Program-made: the position numbers and the translations under genes
In this document: positions 30,124-39,583 of the stretch, one piece after another
Layout of the letters: the number at the start of each line of letters is the position of its first letter
How positions within the stretch are numbered: position 1 is the first letter of the stretch
Notes under the pieces: model-generated
Told to the model about the DNA's origin: nothing
Database searches by the model: none
What the model saw: the letters and a program-made list of their open reading frames with translations, nothing else
Source: Dehalococcoidia bacterium
GTDB lineage: Bacteria; Chloroflexota; Dehalococcoidia; GIF9; AB-539-J10
NCBI GenBank assembly: GCA_030612025.1
Contig: JAUWOR010000006.1
Span: forward strand, 1-64,000
Reading direction: 5' to 3'
DNA: 64,000 nucleotides

Positions 30124-31719
30124 ATGCGTGCTATCATAAGCGTTTCAGACAAGTCAGGTATAGCTGATTTTGCTCGCGGCTTACAAGAGTTAGATATCGA
30201 GATTTTCAGCACCGGCGGCACTAAGAAGTCACTGGAAGGGTCTGGAATAAAAGTCCGCAGTATCTCAGAGCTTACTGGATTTCCTGAAATTCTCAACGGT
30301 AGAGTAAAGACGCTTCACCCTGCGGTTCATGGCGGCATTCTGGCAAGGCGCGACTTACCTCAACACTTAGCTGAGCTGGCTAAAAACCACATCGAAACTA
30401 TCGGCATGGTTGTAGTAAATCTTTACCCCTTCATTGATACTGTGACCCAAAGCGAAGTTTCTTTGGACGGAGCGTTAGAGAACATCGATATCGGTGGCCC
30501 AACTATGATTCGCTCAGCAGCGAAGAATTTCCCCTCCGTCCTGGTAATTGTCGACCCTGAGGATTACGACCCCATTCTACAAAAGCTGCGCCGGGGCGAT
30601 ATAGATTTAGCAGAAAGAAAAAGATTAGCCCATAAAGCTTTCCAGCATGTGGCTATCTATGATACTGCCATCGCCCAATATCTTAGCGAAGAAACCTTTC
30701 CTGAGGAAATGACCATAGCTTTGAAGAAAGCTTATGACCTCCGTTATGGTGAGAACCCTCACCAAAAAGCCGCCTTTTATCTAGAGCAAAATGTGAGGCA
30801 ACCACAAGCTGCCTTAGCTTCACTAACTCAACTCAAAGGTCCTGAAATTTCCTTCAATAACCTGCTTGATTTTGATGCTGCCTTAAATATTCTGCGCACC
30901 TTTACTGCTCCCACTGTGGCCATAATGAAACACACCAATTCCTGTGGGCTTGCCAGCCATGCTAATTTAGCTGAGGCTTACCGAAGAGCTTTGGCTGGAG
31001 ACCCTGTAGCTGCCTTTGGTGGTGTAGTTGCTAGTAACCAAGTTATAGATTTAGCCACTGCCCGAGAAATAGACCAAACTCATTATGATGCTATCATTGC
31101 TCCAGAATATGAAAAGGAAGCCCTGGAGCTATTAAGACGTAAAAAGAGCTTACGCCTTGTTAAAATACCCCTCCAATATCATTCCGCGCTCTTCACTCCT
31201 CGTCATTCTGAGGGAGCAAAGCGACCGAAGAATCTCACTCAGGGTAAACTCCGTGAAGAATCTCATTTCGATTTCCGCTATGTCCAGGGTGGCTTTCTAA
31301 TTCAAACACCAGACCTTTTCACTGAGTCAGAGCTTCAACCTCGCACAGTTACCAATCGCCAACCTACAGAGCAAGAACTATCAGACTTGCTTTTCGCCTG
31401 GAAAGCAGTCAAGGGTATAAAGTCCAATGCCATAGTTATTGCTAAGGACAAAACATTATTAGGTATGGGAGCAGGACAACCATCTCGTGTGGTAAGTGTT
31501 GAGCTGGCTTTAAGGAGAGCTGGCGAGCAAGCCAAGGGTAGTGTTCTCGCCTCAGATGCCTTCTTCCCTTTCGCCGATGGTCCTGAATTAGCCATTAGCC
31601 ACGGAGTTACTGCCATTATCCAGCCCGGCGGCTCTGTAAGGGATAAAGAGGTAATCGATGTGGCCAACAAGCATAGTGTAGCCATGGTATTCACCGGTAT
31701 CCGCCATTTCAGGCACTGA
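30124..31719 (+). CDS. purH: bifunctional AICAR transformylase/IMP cyclohydrolase
   Basis: SVSDK, GRVKTLHP, LRYGENPHQ, SDAFFPF, RHFRH. Confidence 0.97.
   Translation: MRAIISVSDKSGIADFARGLQELDIEIFSTGGTKKSLEGSGIKVRSISELTGFPEILNGRVKTLHPAVHGGILARRDLPQHLAELAKNHIETIGMVVVNLYPFIDTVTQSEVSLDGALENIDIGGPTMIRSAAKNFPSVLVIVDPEDYDPILQKLRRGDIDLAERKRLAHKAFQHVAIYDTAIAQYLSEETFPEEMTIALKKAYDLRYGENPHQKAAFYLEQNVRQPQAALASLTQLKGPEISFNNLLDFDAALNILRTFTAPTVAIMKHTNSCGLASHANLAEAYRRALAGDPVAAFGGVVASNQVIDLATAREIDQTHYDAIIAPEYEKEALELLRRKKSLRLVKIPLQYHSALFTPRHSEGAKRPKNLTQGKLREESHFDFRYVQGGFLIQTPDLFTESELQPRTVTNRQPTEQELSDLLFAWKAVKGIKSNAIVIAKDKTLLGMGAGQPSRVVSVELALRRAGEQAKGSVLASDAFFPFADGPELAISHGVTAIIQPGGSVRDKEVIDVANKHSVAMVFTGIRHFRH
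31178..31265 (+). repeat. nested GTCA-type element inserted in frame in purH
   Basis: Encodes HSALFTPRHSEGAKRPKNLTQGKLREES; near-identical to the reverse complement of 24114-24204. Confidence 0.88.
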
Positions 31720-32072
31720 ACTCAAGGAGAAAGATGGGCTGACGCTGGAAAGAAGGCAGAGTGCATCGCCGATCTAGAAAATATGATAGAAATTGAACAA
31801 CCTCACTAGATCGCGCTGATTATGGTTCCTGCTGTGGCAGTATTTGCGGCTTGACGTACCAGATAGACAATGAAATAAACATATCGCAGAGAATCTCGGA
31901 GGCTTTGAAAGTGGATGATAGCGGGAAGGCAGCTTCTCTGCTAGAGGATTATATCGCTTTCTTGAAGCAAGACTATCGAGGCGAGCACCTTGAGCATTGA
32001 TGGCAGAGCAACCCAAGGTCCTGAACCAGAGGATGACGAGCGAGGGATACAGAGCTTCTCACTAACTGCTGT

Positions 32073-32102
32073 TTGCACAGGAAGCCCAAGAAGTCCTATA
32101 AT
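32073..32102 (+). promoter_or_regulatory. sigma70-type promoter
   Basis: TTGCAC-N18-TATAAT just upstream of 32117. Confidence 0.5.
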
Positions 32103-32116
32103 CGGTCATTGAGGCT

Positions 32117-33643
32117 ATGGCTAGGGTAGTACTTGTATCGGACATGTTACGTGGGTTTTTCGAGGAAGGTTATCCACTTTACTGTGGCATCGACGCCCGA
32201 AGTATCATACCCAATGTCAAGAAACTGCTGGAGCGAGAGTTAGAGCAGAACTCGAAAATCTTCTATCTGTGTGACCACCATGCACCCGATGACCCAGAAT
32301 TCAGAATGTTCCCGCCGCATTGTATTGAAGGTACCACTGAGGCTGAACTCATCCCTGAACTTTCCCCATATCCTGGTGAAATAATACCAAAAAGAACTTT
32401 TAGCAGTTTCTATGATACGCTTCTGGAAAAGAAACTAGAGGCACTCAAGCCCGAAACTATAGTCGTCTGTGGTGTGTGCACTCATATTTGTGTTCTGCAG
32501 GCAGTAATTGATGCCAGAAACAGGGGCTACGAAGTTGAAATCCCCGTCGATTGTGTTGCTTCCTTCGACAATAGGGCTCATCTCTTCGCCCTGGACTATA
32601 TGGAAAAGGTACTCGGTGCCAAGCTTATCAAACCTAAAGTCAACCTGCCTAAACCAAAGTTTGAAATCCTTGACTCATGGCTAAGCGGGGAAACTGCCGA
32701 TATTTACTTCCCTCACACAGTGGAGATACTTAAAAGGGAGGGTATCAACCCTGTAGCCACTATGGAGGTATTCCCCAGACAAGCCGGTATCCTCTGTGGT
32801 ATAGAAGAGGTTAAAGCCCTATTAGCCAGGGTGCTTCCTGAAGATAATCGTGAAGTTTGGGCACTAGCGGAAGGCGAATCTTTTGACAAAAAAGAAGTAG
32901 TCCTGCGGATAAAAGCCCCCTACCAAAGCTATGGAACTTATGAAACAGTCTATCTGGGCATTCTTGCCCATTGCAGTGGCTGGGCCACTGCTGCTCGAGA
33001 ATGCGTTAATGCTGCTCAAGGCATTCCTGTTATTAGTTTTGGCGCCCGTCATGTTCACCCTTCCGTAGTCGGCGTTATGGAGTACTCCGCTATTGTAGGG
33101 GGCTGTAGTGGCTGTGCTAGTACTGTTGGAGCTAAGCTTGCTGGCATGAAACCCATCGGCACCATACCTCATGCCCTCATCATTATTTTGGACAGCACTG
33201 CCAAAGCTACTCTCGCCTTTGATAAGTATATGCCTCCTGAAGTGCCGCGCATCGCCCTGGTGGATACCTTTGAGGATGAGGTTAGAGAAAGTGTCGCGGT
33301 GGCTAAAGCAATGCAGGGAAAGTTGCAAGGCGTAAGGTTAGATACTCCTTCGGAAAGAGGTAGGGTCACCGCCGATTTAGTCAAAGAAGTGAGAGCTTGG
33401 CTAGACCTTGAGGGATTCAAAGAGGTGAAGATTGTCGTCAGTGGTGGGTTTAATCCAGAGCGCATCCGACATTTTATCAGCCAAAGGGCACCCGTTGACA
33501 TCTTCGCTGTTGGCAGCTATATCAGCGATGCCGCGCCTATCGATTTCACCGCAGACCTTCACGAGGTAGAAGGCAAGCCCATTGCCAAAAGGGGCAGAAT
33601 GCCCGGCATCACCCCCAACCCTGGGCTAAAAAGGGTGATGTAA
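32117..33643 (+). CDS. nicotinamidase (PncA/isochorismatase fold) fused to nicotinate phosphoribosyltransferase (PncB-like)
   Basis: N-terminus: SDML, DHH..DDPEF..PPHC, K, CGVCTHIC. C-terminus: TADIYF, SFGARH, GTIPH, LVDTF, GVRLDTP. Confidence 0.88.
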   Translation: MARVVLVSDMLRGFFEEGYPLYCGIDARSIIPNVKKLLERELEQNSKIFYLCDHHAPDDPEFRMFPPHCIEGTTEAELIPELSPYPGEIIPKRTFSSFYDTLLEKKLEALKPETIVVCGVCTHICVLQAVIDARNRGYEVEIPVDCVASFDNRAHLFALDYMEKVLGAKLIKPKVNLPKPKFEILDSWLSGETADIYFPHTVEILKREGINPVATMEVFPRQAGILCGIEEVKALLARVLPEDNREVWALAEGESFDKKEVVLRIKAPYQSYGTYETVYLGILAHCSGWATAARECVNAAQGIPVISFGARHVHPSVVGVMEYSAIVGGCSGCASTVGAKLAGMKPIGTIPHALIIILDSTAKATLAFDKYMPPEVPRIALVDTFEDEVRESVAVAKAMQGKLQGVRLDTPSERGRVTADLVKEVRAWLDLEGFKEVKIVVSGGFNPERIRHFISQRAPVDIFAVGSYISDAAPIDFTADLHEVEGKPIAKRGRMPGITPNPGLKRVM

Positions 33644-33659
33644 AAAACCGCTTACGGAA

Positions 33660-33748
33660 AAACACTAAATACTAATATCTAAATCCTAAAAAATTAGGAA
33701 TTGGGATTTTGAATTCGTTTAGAGTTTGGAGCTTAGAGATTAGGATTT
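33660..33748. repeat. gene-less heptamer-periodic inverted repeat (ctaaa/tttag family)
   Basis: aaacactaaatactaatatctaaatcctaaa...gtttagagtttggagcttagagattaggattt; resembles the outer arms at 2351 and 2845. Confidence 0.75.
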
Positions 33749-33757
33749 AAGAACGTA

Positions 33758-34702
33758 ATGGCTGAAGCTGTAATAACGTTGGACAATGTCACCAAAATCC
33801 TAGCGGGTCGGCAGATTCTCAAGAATATTAGCTTTGTTGTGGAGCAGGGAGATATATTTGGCTACCTCGGCCCCAACGGAGCAGGCAAGACTACCACTAT
33901 CAGGGTCATCCTGGGACTTTTCCCACCCACTTCAGGCAAGGCATTTATTCTAGGCAAGAATGTCGGGTGTGATGATGCCAGAGAAAAGGTTGGCTTTGTT
34001 CTCGAGGCTGATGGACTGTATGACAATATGACCGCTTACGAAAATCTGGGTTACTATTGCCAGATTTATGGCATGCCCTCAGCTTTGAAAAGCAAAAGAA
34101 TAGATGAAATGCTGGAGCTAGTGGAACTAAGCGACAGAGCAGGGGATAAAGTATCCTCTTATTCCAAGGGAATGAGGCAGAAGCTAGCGCTAGCACGGTC
34201 TATGGTTCATGAGCCCGACCTCCTTACCTTCGATGAGCCCACCGCTGGCGTTGACCCTACAGGTCAGATGGAGGTGAGACAAATCATTCTTAACTTAGCA
34301 CAGAGGGGTAAGACCATTTTCCTGAGCTCTCACAACCTGGATGAAGTGCAGCGAATTTGCAACCGCATTGCCTTGATTGATAAGGGAGAGATAAAGCTCT
34401 ATGGCGAGCTAGAGAAATTGAGAAGGGATATGGGCAGAAGAGAGGTAATCATAGAAACCGGGATAACAACTACGGAAGAAGCCAGGTTACTCGACGGGCT
34501 TGTGGCTGAGCTTGAAGCCTTACCTTATGTGACAAGCTGCCGCAGAGAAGCTCAAAAACTGCGTCTCCAGCTTGATGGCCGAGGTGACATCTCCGAGATA
34601 GTAGCCATGCTCTCCCAGAAGAGCATAGGTGTAGAGGAGGTCAGAAAGGGCGAAATATCCCTGGAGGAAATTTACGCCAAGGTGACAAAGGGAAGGGAAT
34701 GA
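33758..34702 (+). CDS. ABC-2 type exporter ATP-binding protein
   Basis: GPNGAGKTT, YSKGMRQK, DEPTAGVDP. Confidence 0.92.
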   Translation: MAEAVITLDNVTKILAGRQILKNISFVVEQGDIFGYLGPNGAGKTTTIRVILGLFPPTSGKAFILGKNVGCDDAREKVGFVLEADGLYDNMTAYENLGYYCQIYGMPSALKSKRIDEMLELVELSDRAGDKVSSYSKGMRQKLALARSMVHEPDLLTFDEPTAGVDPTGQMEVRQIILNLAQRGKTIFLSSHNLDEVQRICNRIALIDKGEIKLYGELEKLRRDMGRREVIIETGITTTEEARLLDGLVAELEALPYVTSCRREAQKLRLQLDGRGDISEIVAMLSQKSIGVEEVRKGEISLEEIYAKVTKGRE

Positions 34703-35451
34703 TGAAAAAGATAATGGTGATTGTGAAAAAGGATTTGAGGGAAACTCTGCGCACCAAGGCTTTTTATGTCAGCATAGCCATGGTTTTATTCTTCATGGTA
34801 ATGCTGGGCGGCGCAGTTAGAGGACAAATCAATACCTTAGTAGAGAAGGGTTTATCACCAGCAGAAATAAGCTCAGCCGCTCAACCACTCATGGGCACCA
34901 CTGTCTTCATGCTTTCGCTCATGTTGATGATGCTATTTTGCATGTATATCAACGCCTATACGCTTACCATGGAGAAAGTGAAACGCTCCATAGAGTCTTT
35001 ACTATGTACACCATTGAGCCTAAGGCAAATTTGCCTCGGAAAAAGTTTGGCAGTATTTTTGCCCAGTGTGATTTTGGGTCTGCTATTTGCCTTTGGTGCA
35101 ATAGCTGGCATAAATCAATTCTTTATAGCTCCTGAAATAGGGCAGTTTGTCATGCCTGGTGCAGCACCATTAGTAGCAACCCTGGTAGCTGTGCCTCTGA
35201 TAGTCTTTTTCCTTGTTACTTTAATGATAGCGCTACAACTCATAATCACCAACATCCGTTGGATTCACGCTGCCCTCATGGGCTTAATATTTGGTGTTGG
35301 CTTTGGGCTTTCTCCCGTCTTAAGGTTTGGCTCTGCATCATGGAGCATTGTCTTTATCTCCCTGGGAGTTGCCGCTGTCTTAGCCCTAGTGACAATTTAC
35401 CTCTCCCGCTTAGTCACCAAGGAAAGAATCGTGCTCAGCAGCAAAGGATAA
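34699..35451 (+). CDS. ABC-2 type exporter permease
   Basis: About 6 TM, EKVKRSIESLLCTPLS...GK motif. Confidence 0.85.
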   Translation: MMKKIMVIVKKDLRETLRTKAFYVSIAMVLFFMVMLGGAVRGQINTLVEKGLSPAEISSAAQPLMGTTVFMLSLMLMMLFCMYINAYTLTMEKVKRSIESLLCTPLSLRQICLGKSLAVFLPSVILGLLFAFGAIAGINQFFIAPEIGQFVMPGAAPLVATLVAVPLIVFFLVTLMIALQLIITNIRWIHAALMGLIFGVGFGLSPVLRFGSASWSIVFISLGVAAVLALVTIYLSRLVTKERIVLSSKG

Positions 35452-35498
35452 GCTTGGCAAATGGCTGTGCTCCGATGTTTTCCCAGTTTTAGGGCTTG

Positions 35499-36533
35499 CT
35501 ACTTAAAGCCAATCCCTTCTATCTCTATGAAATCGTCCTTAATTCTTGTTTTGGCGCCCAGAAATTCCTCAATCAACCACAGGTTTGTCTCTACGTGTTC
35601 GGTAATTCTAGGAATCGAGTACCTGCTAGTTCCATCAGCCAAGCCAGCATAGATTATGAGCTGGTCTGCTATATACCTATCAACCGCGGCACCAGTTTTA
35701 ACATCCTCTACAAAGCTTTGGGCTACATACCTCCCGATAGACTCGGAGCTTCTTCCCGGCCTTCCTGCTCTATCCAAGCCAATTCTGCTACCTAAACTCG
35801 TCTTAGCATATATCGCCAGGGCAGCACCTTCCTGAAGCGAACTCTCATCGTAAATTTCCTCGATTTCAGCCTTATAGCCATAAGAGCTTAATACCTTCTG
35901 GCATTCCTCTGCCATCCTGTGGCTCACTTCCCTTCCCTTCAAATGAGAGGAGAGGGCGATTCCTTTGATATTGAGAATCCTGCCTTGCTCAGTAAGATTT
36001 AAAGGTTTTAATTTCTTTACCGGCTCAACTTCAATTTCTATAATCCCGCCTCCTCGTGGCACGTAGCCAGGGCGAACTATCTCAAGCTCAGCCTGAATTC
36101 CCAGCTGTTCCAAAATTGGAAGCAAGACAAATTTCATATGATAGGCAGAGGGGGCAAAATCCTGGAATATCCCGCCTTCGAGCCTGAATTTCGAGGGCTT
36201 TCCCGCAAAGCAGGCTAAAGGCAGAAGAGTTTGTGCCATCATTGTGGTTGACCCTGCTGTCCCTATATCCCAGTGATACTCCCCTCCTTTAAACCTTCCC
36301 TTTGGAGCATAGGTAATCTCCTTAGAGCCCACCACGGCATTACTCGCTGTGCCTTGGCACATCTCCTGACAAGCCTGGATAACCTTAAGGTGCTGCCTCC
36401 TTAGCCCTGGCCTATCCCTCTTCGCCCTGATATTTTGTATCTTTACCTCTTTCCCGAGCAGGCTAGCCAGAGCTACAGAATAGCGCACTATGGTTCCACT
36501 TCCAGACTTGGCGCCGCCATCTATAACCTTCAT
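35499..36533 (-). CDS. rtcA: RNA 3'-terminal phosphate cyclase
   Basis: IDG..SGSGTIVR, NIRAKR.RPGLRRQH, TAGS, GYVPRGGG, ADQL, ITEHVETN. Confidence 0.92.
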   Translation of the reverse strand: MKVIDGGAKSGSGTIVRYSVALASLLGKEVKIQNIRAKRDRPGLRRQHLKVIQACQEMCQGTASNAVVGSKEITYAPKGRFKGGEYHWDIGTAGSTTMMAQTLLPLACFAGKPSKFRLEGGIFQDFAPSAYHMKFVLLPILEQLGIQAELEIVRPGYVPRGGGIIEIEVEPVKKLKPLNLTEQGRILNIKGIALSSHLKGREVSHRMAEECQKVLSSYGYKAEIEEIYDESSLQEGAALAIYAKTSLGSRIGLDRAGRPGRSSESIGRYVAQSFVEDVKTGAAVDRYIADQLIIYAGLADGTSRYSIPRITEHVETNLWLIEEFLGAKTRIKDDFIEIEGIGFK

Positions 36534-36586
36534 GTTGAGGCAATACTATTTATATGCTGAGTAGGCAAAGTCAGTCAGTAGTCTCA

Positions 36587-36850
36587 TCATTTACGGTATG
36601 CTTCTCCACGATGACGGACATGATAAATGGTCACGACTTTCGTTTTGACGTCCACTTGGTAGATTACCCTGTAATCCCCAACTCGAATTCGATAATCTCG
36701 TTCTGAGCCTCGAAGTTTACGGCATTGTGATGGAAATAGATTTTCTACAAGGGACTCAACTGCTTGAATAATCCGAGGGATTTGCTGTGGATCAATATTC
36801 CGTAAGTCTCGCTCTGCTGACCCTTTCCATCGAATCTCATAAGAGGCCAT
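36587..36850 (-). CDS. RelE/ParE family toxin
   Basis: SAERDL, RKLRG, YRIRVGDYRVIY, HRGEAY. Confidence 0.92.
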   Translation of the reverse strand: MASYEIRWKGSAERDLRNIDPQQIPRIIQAVESLVENLFPSQCRKLRGSERDYRIRVGDYRVIYQVDVKTKVVTIYHVRHRGEAYRK

Positions 36851-37028
36851 CTTTTTCTAACTTCTTTTTGAGTTCTTCAAAAGTTATAGTAGGCTCATCT
36901 CTACGTTCAGCGATAATTGCAAGGTCATGAATATCTTCTAGAAGCTCTTCATATTCCTCAACCGGAATAATTACTGCTGTTTTTTGTCCTTTTTCATCTA
37001 CAACATATTGCTCTTGAAATTTTGCCAT
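36837..37028 (-). CDS. antitoxin partner of RelE (RelB/Phd-like)
   Basis: YVVDEKGQKTAVIIPVEEYEELLEDIHDL; overlaps the toxin gene; AGGAGG RBS. Confidence 0.85.
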   Translation of the reverse strand: MAKFQEQYVVDEKGQKTAVIIPVEEYEELLEDIHDLAIIAERRDEPTITFEELKKKLEKDGLL

Positions 37029-37064
37029 GCTTGTCCTCCTGTTAGATTTTCAACAATTGAGTTC

Positions 37065-37084
37065 GTATAACTTAGTATATACTA
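37065..37084 (-). other. attI-like site / 5' boundary of the TA cassette
   Basis: Minus strand agtatatactaaGTTATAC; similar to 45297-45320. Confidence 0.55.
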
Positions 37085-37277
37085 TACGACTCAACTTCCA
37101 TCACTGCTTGCTCAAAAGGGATAACTTCACCGCCGGAGACTTTGGCTGCGTCATAGGCACGAATAGAATCTAGCCCCTCAAGCTCCTGAGTAAATGATGG
37201 TAATCCTTCATATCAAGGACCACGCCAATACGATTGCCACTGTTATCCACTAAATATCGCTCTTTGATATTACTCAT
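37072..37277 (-). pseudogene. frameshifted antitoxin of the same family
   Basis: MSNIKERYLVDNSGNRIGVVLDMKDYHHLL / ELEGLDSIRAYDAAK / SGGEVIPFEQAV, pieced together across frameshifts. Confidence 0.7.
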
Positions 37278-37329
37278 CCCTAGCTCCGTTTACATGGATT
37301 TTAGCACTGCTGATATTCAAATGCTAGCT

Positions 37330-37426
37330 GTAGGTTTATTTCCTTCGCGAGCAGGCTCGCCAGAACTACAGAATAGCGGACTATAGTTCCGCTTCCAGAC
37401 TTTGCACTGCCATCTATGGTTATCAT
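37330..37426 (-). pseudogene. duplicated 5' fragment of rtcA
   Basis: MITIDGSAKSGSGTIVRYSVVLASLLAKEI vs MKVIDGGAKSGSGTIVRYSVALASLLGKEV. Confidence 0.9.
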
Positions 37427-37512
37427 GTGCTGTTGTTTCTCCTCTTTGAAAAAGGCCTGTAACATTTTATATCTTTTGTTATACTCCAAAATACAATTTG
37501 CGCCTCTAAATG

Positions 37513-37643
37513 AGGGTGTTTAAAAATGTAGTTGCCCAATTTATTGGGCGACTGTGCCTGATAAATCAGGCAACTACAAAAATTTAGGGTGAAACACCTC
37601 TGAGGTGGCTGAAATTGAACGGGAAATCAAAATTAAACAGCCT
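37513..37643. mobile_element. MITE-like element, copy B
   Basis: agggtgtttaa...ttaaacagcct terminal IR with internal gtagttg..caactac double hairpin. Confidence 0.6.
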
Positions 37644-37681
37644 TTAAATAATTAGGAGGAAAATTTAAAAAGAGCCAAAAG

Positions 37682-38596
37682 ATGGGAATAAGACTTTTTA
37701 AAGAGCCTGAGCTGGAAAAACCTGACCTGATTTGCGGCTGGCCAGGGATTGGGAATATTGGGCTAATTGCTGTTGATACCTTGAAGGGGGAGCTGGTAGC
37801 AGAAGAGTTTGGAGAAATAGAACCCTGGGACTTTTTCTACCCCAAGAAGGTCTCCGTCAGGGACGGTTTGCTCGAAAACTTAGAGTTCCCCACCAACAAA
37901 TTTTATTATCAGCGGCTGAGAAGGAAAGATTTAATATTTTTCCTTGGAGAAGAACAGCCGACTGAGGGAGAGAGAGTGTACGCCACGGGAGAAAAGGCTT
38001 ACCACATGGCCAATCTAGTTTTAGATGTAGCTGAAAAGTTTGGCTGCCAGAGAGTTTATACTTCAGGTGCCTGTGTTTCACCCATTCACCATACTGTGAA
38101 ACCAAGAGTTATTTCAGTGGTAAGTTCTGAGAAGTTAGTAGAGGAGGTAATAAGGTACCAAAATACAATTTTAATAAGCGAAATGGGAGGAAGAGGTGAA
38201 GGGGTTATTACCGGATTAAACGGTCTTTTGCTGGCAGTGGCTAAAAAGAGGGGGTTAGAAAGTATTTGTTTAATGGGGGAGATACCAGATTGGCTTTCTG
38301 GTTCTCCCTTCCCCTATCCCAAGGCTTCAAAATCAGTGCTCGAGGTTTTTGCTGACATTCTCGGAATCAGAATTGATTTTATAGTTCTCGATAAGATGGT
38401 TGCCCAGATGGAAGAGGTTATTGAAAAGATCTATGAAGAATTCCCTTCAGAAATAAGGGAGCGATATGATGAAAGAAAGCTTATTGCCCAAGCTAAGCCA
38501 GGAGGGATAACTGAAGAGGATGCCAAATGGATTAAAGAGCACATTGATGAATTTTTTAAGAAAAGGGGGGAACAGGGTGGACAAAGCTCTGTTTGA
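37682..38596 (+). CDS. PAC2 family (proteasome assembly chaperone-like) protein
   Basis: GWPGIGNIG, ITGLNGLLL, CLMGE, PKAS pattern. Confidence 0.85.
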   Translation: MGIRLFKEPELEKPDLICGWPGIGNIGLIAVDTLKGELVAEEFGEIEPWDFFYPKKVSVRDGLLENLEFPTNKFYYQRLRRKDLIFFLGEEQPTEGERVYATGEKAYHMANLVLDVAEKFGCQRVYTSGACVSPIHHTVKPRVISVVSSEKLVEEVIRYQNTILISEMGGRGEGVITGLNGLLLAVAKKRGLESICLMGEIPDWLSGSPFPYPKASKSVLEVFADILGIRIDFIVLDKMVAQMEEVIEKIYEEFPSEIRERYDERKLIAQAKPGGITEEDAKWIKEHIDEFFKKRGEQGGQSSV

Positions 38597-39395
38597 GCTC
38601 TATCAGTCTCCCCAGCTTCGCAACCCATCTTTGATTGTCGGTTGGCAGACCCACGATGTTGGGAAGTTGAGCTCTGAGGTTATCCATTTTTTGAATGAGA
38701 AACTGGAAGGTCAGCAAATTGCTGAAATCAAGCCCTCAGGCTTTTTCCCATTGGGAGGAGCAATATTTAAGGATAACTTGATCCAGGTTCCAGAAAGCAA
38801 ATTCTGTGCTTGCCAGAAAAACGACCTCTTAATTTTTCAAAGCGAGGAGCCTAAATATGAATGGTATAAATTTTTGAATGCAGTTTTGGATTTTGCTCAA
38901 CATTATTGTCATATCAAAGAGCTATATACCATCAGCGCGAGGCCCTCTCTTAGCGCCCATACTACTCCTCGGAGGATACTTACGGTTTACAATCAGCCAG
39001 AATTTCAAAAAACACTCCAAAGCTACGGACTAGAGGATATGACCTGGGAAGGACCACCAGCCATAAGTAGTTACCTTCTGTGGGCAGCTGAAAGGAGAAG
39101 CATCCCCGGGATAAGCCTTTGGCCCGAGATACCATTTTACCTCGCTGCCGGAGAAGACCCCACAGCAATAAAGCTTACCCTTTCCTTTCTGGATAGCAGA
39201 TTTAGCCTGGGGCTGGATTTGGGTGAGCTTGACTCGGATATCGGAAATCAGAATGAGAAAATAGCTCAGCTAAGAGAGGAAGATGCTGAAATCAATGAAT
39301 ATATCAACCGCCTGGAAAGTGGACTCAGCCTAAACGAAGAAGAGCAGGTAAGATTAGCCAGAGAAGTGTATGAACTTCTCGAGAAAAGAGGCTGA
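38577..39395 (+). CDS. PAC2 family protein (second paralogue)
   Basis: LRNPSLIVGW..DVG, EEP, HT.PR, SLW..IPFY, DP.A; GTG start at 38577. Confidence 0.8.
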   Translation: MDKALFELYQSPQLRNPSLIVGWQTHDVGKLSSEVIHFLNEKLEGQQIAEIKPSGFFPLGGAIFKDNLIQVPESKFCACQKNDLLIFQSEEPKYEWYKFLNAVLDFAQHYCHIKELYTISARPSLSAHTTPRRILTVYNQPEFQKTLQSYGLEDMTWEGPPAISSYLLWAAERRSIPGISLWPEIPFYLAAGEDPTAIKLTLSFLDSRFSLGLDLGELDSDIGNQNEKIAQLREEDAEINEYINRLESGLSLNEEEQVRLAREVYELLEKRG

Positions 39396-39419
39396 ATTTG
39401 GTTGAGCCTCAAGGAAAAA

Positions 39420-39506
39420 TCGCTCTCTTTCATCTACAACATACCACCTTGAAATTTTCTCATGCTTATTCCCCTGTTAGATTTTCACCAACCGATTTCG
39501 CATAAC
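39420..39506 (-). pseudogene. truncated 5' end of a second antitoxin cassette
   Basis: Minus strand gttatgcgaaatcggttggtgaaaatctaacagggg..gcatgagaaaatttcaag..tatgttgtagatgaaa aligns with 37071-36990. Confidence 0.8.
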
Positions 39507-39572
39507 ATTTTCGGCTTTCTGAAGTGCCAAGCATTTAGGCAAACGAAGCGAGCCGCAAAGCCCGTGTTATGC
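39500..39572 (-). other. integron attC site
   Basis: Minus strand GCATAAC-acgggctttgcg...cagaaagccgaaaat-GTTATGC, 73 bp, imperfect L boxes, 11 bp after a stop codon. Confidence 0.8.
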
Positions 39573-39583
39573 GCAGTGCTGGC

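Noticed and set aside
31720-32116. About 400-bp spacer with short coding-like stretches (RISEALKVDDSGKAASLLEDYIAFLKQ) and an 80-aa minus-strand ORF
   Set aside because: No start/RBS or recognisable family. It may be a decayed gene but cannot be supported.
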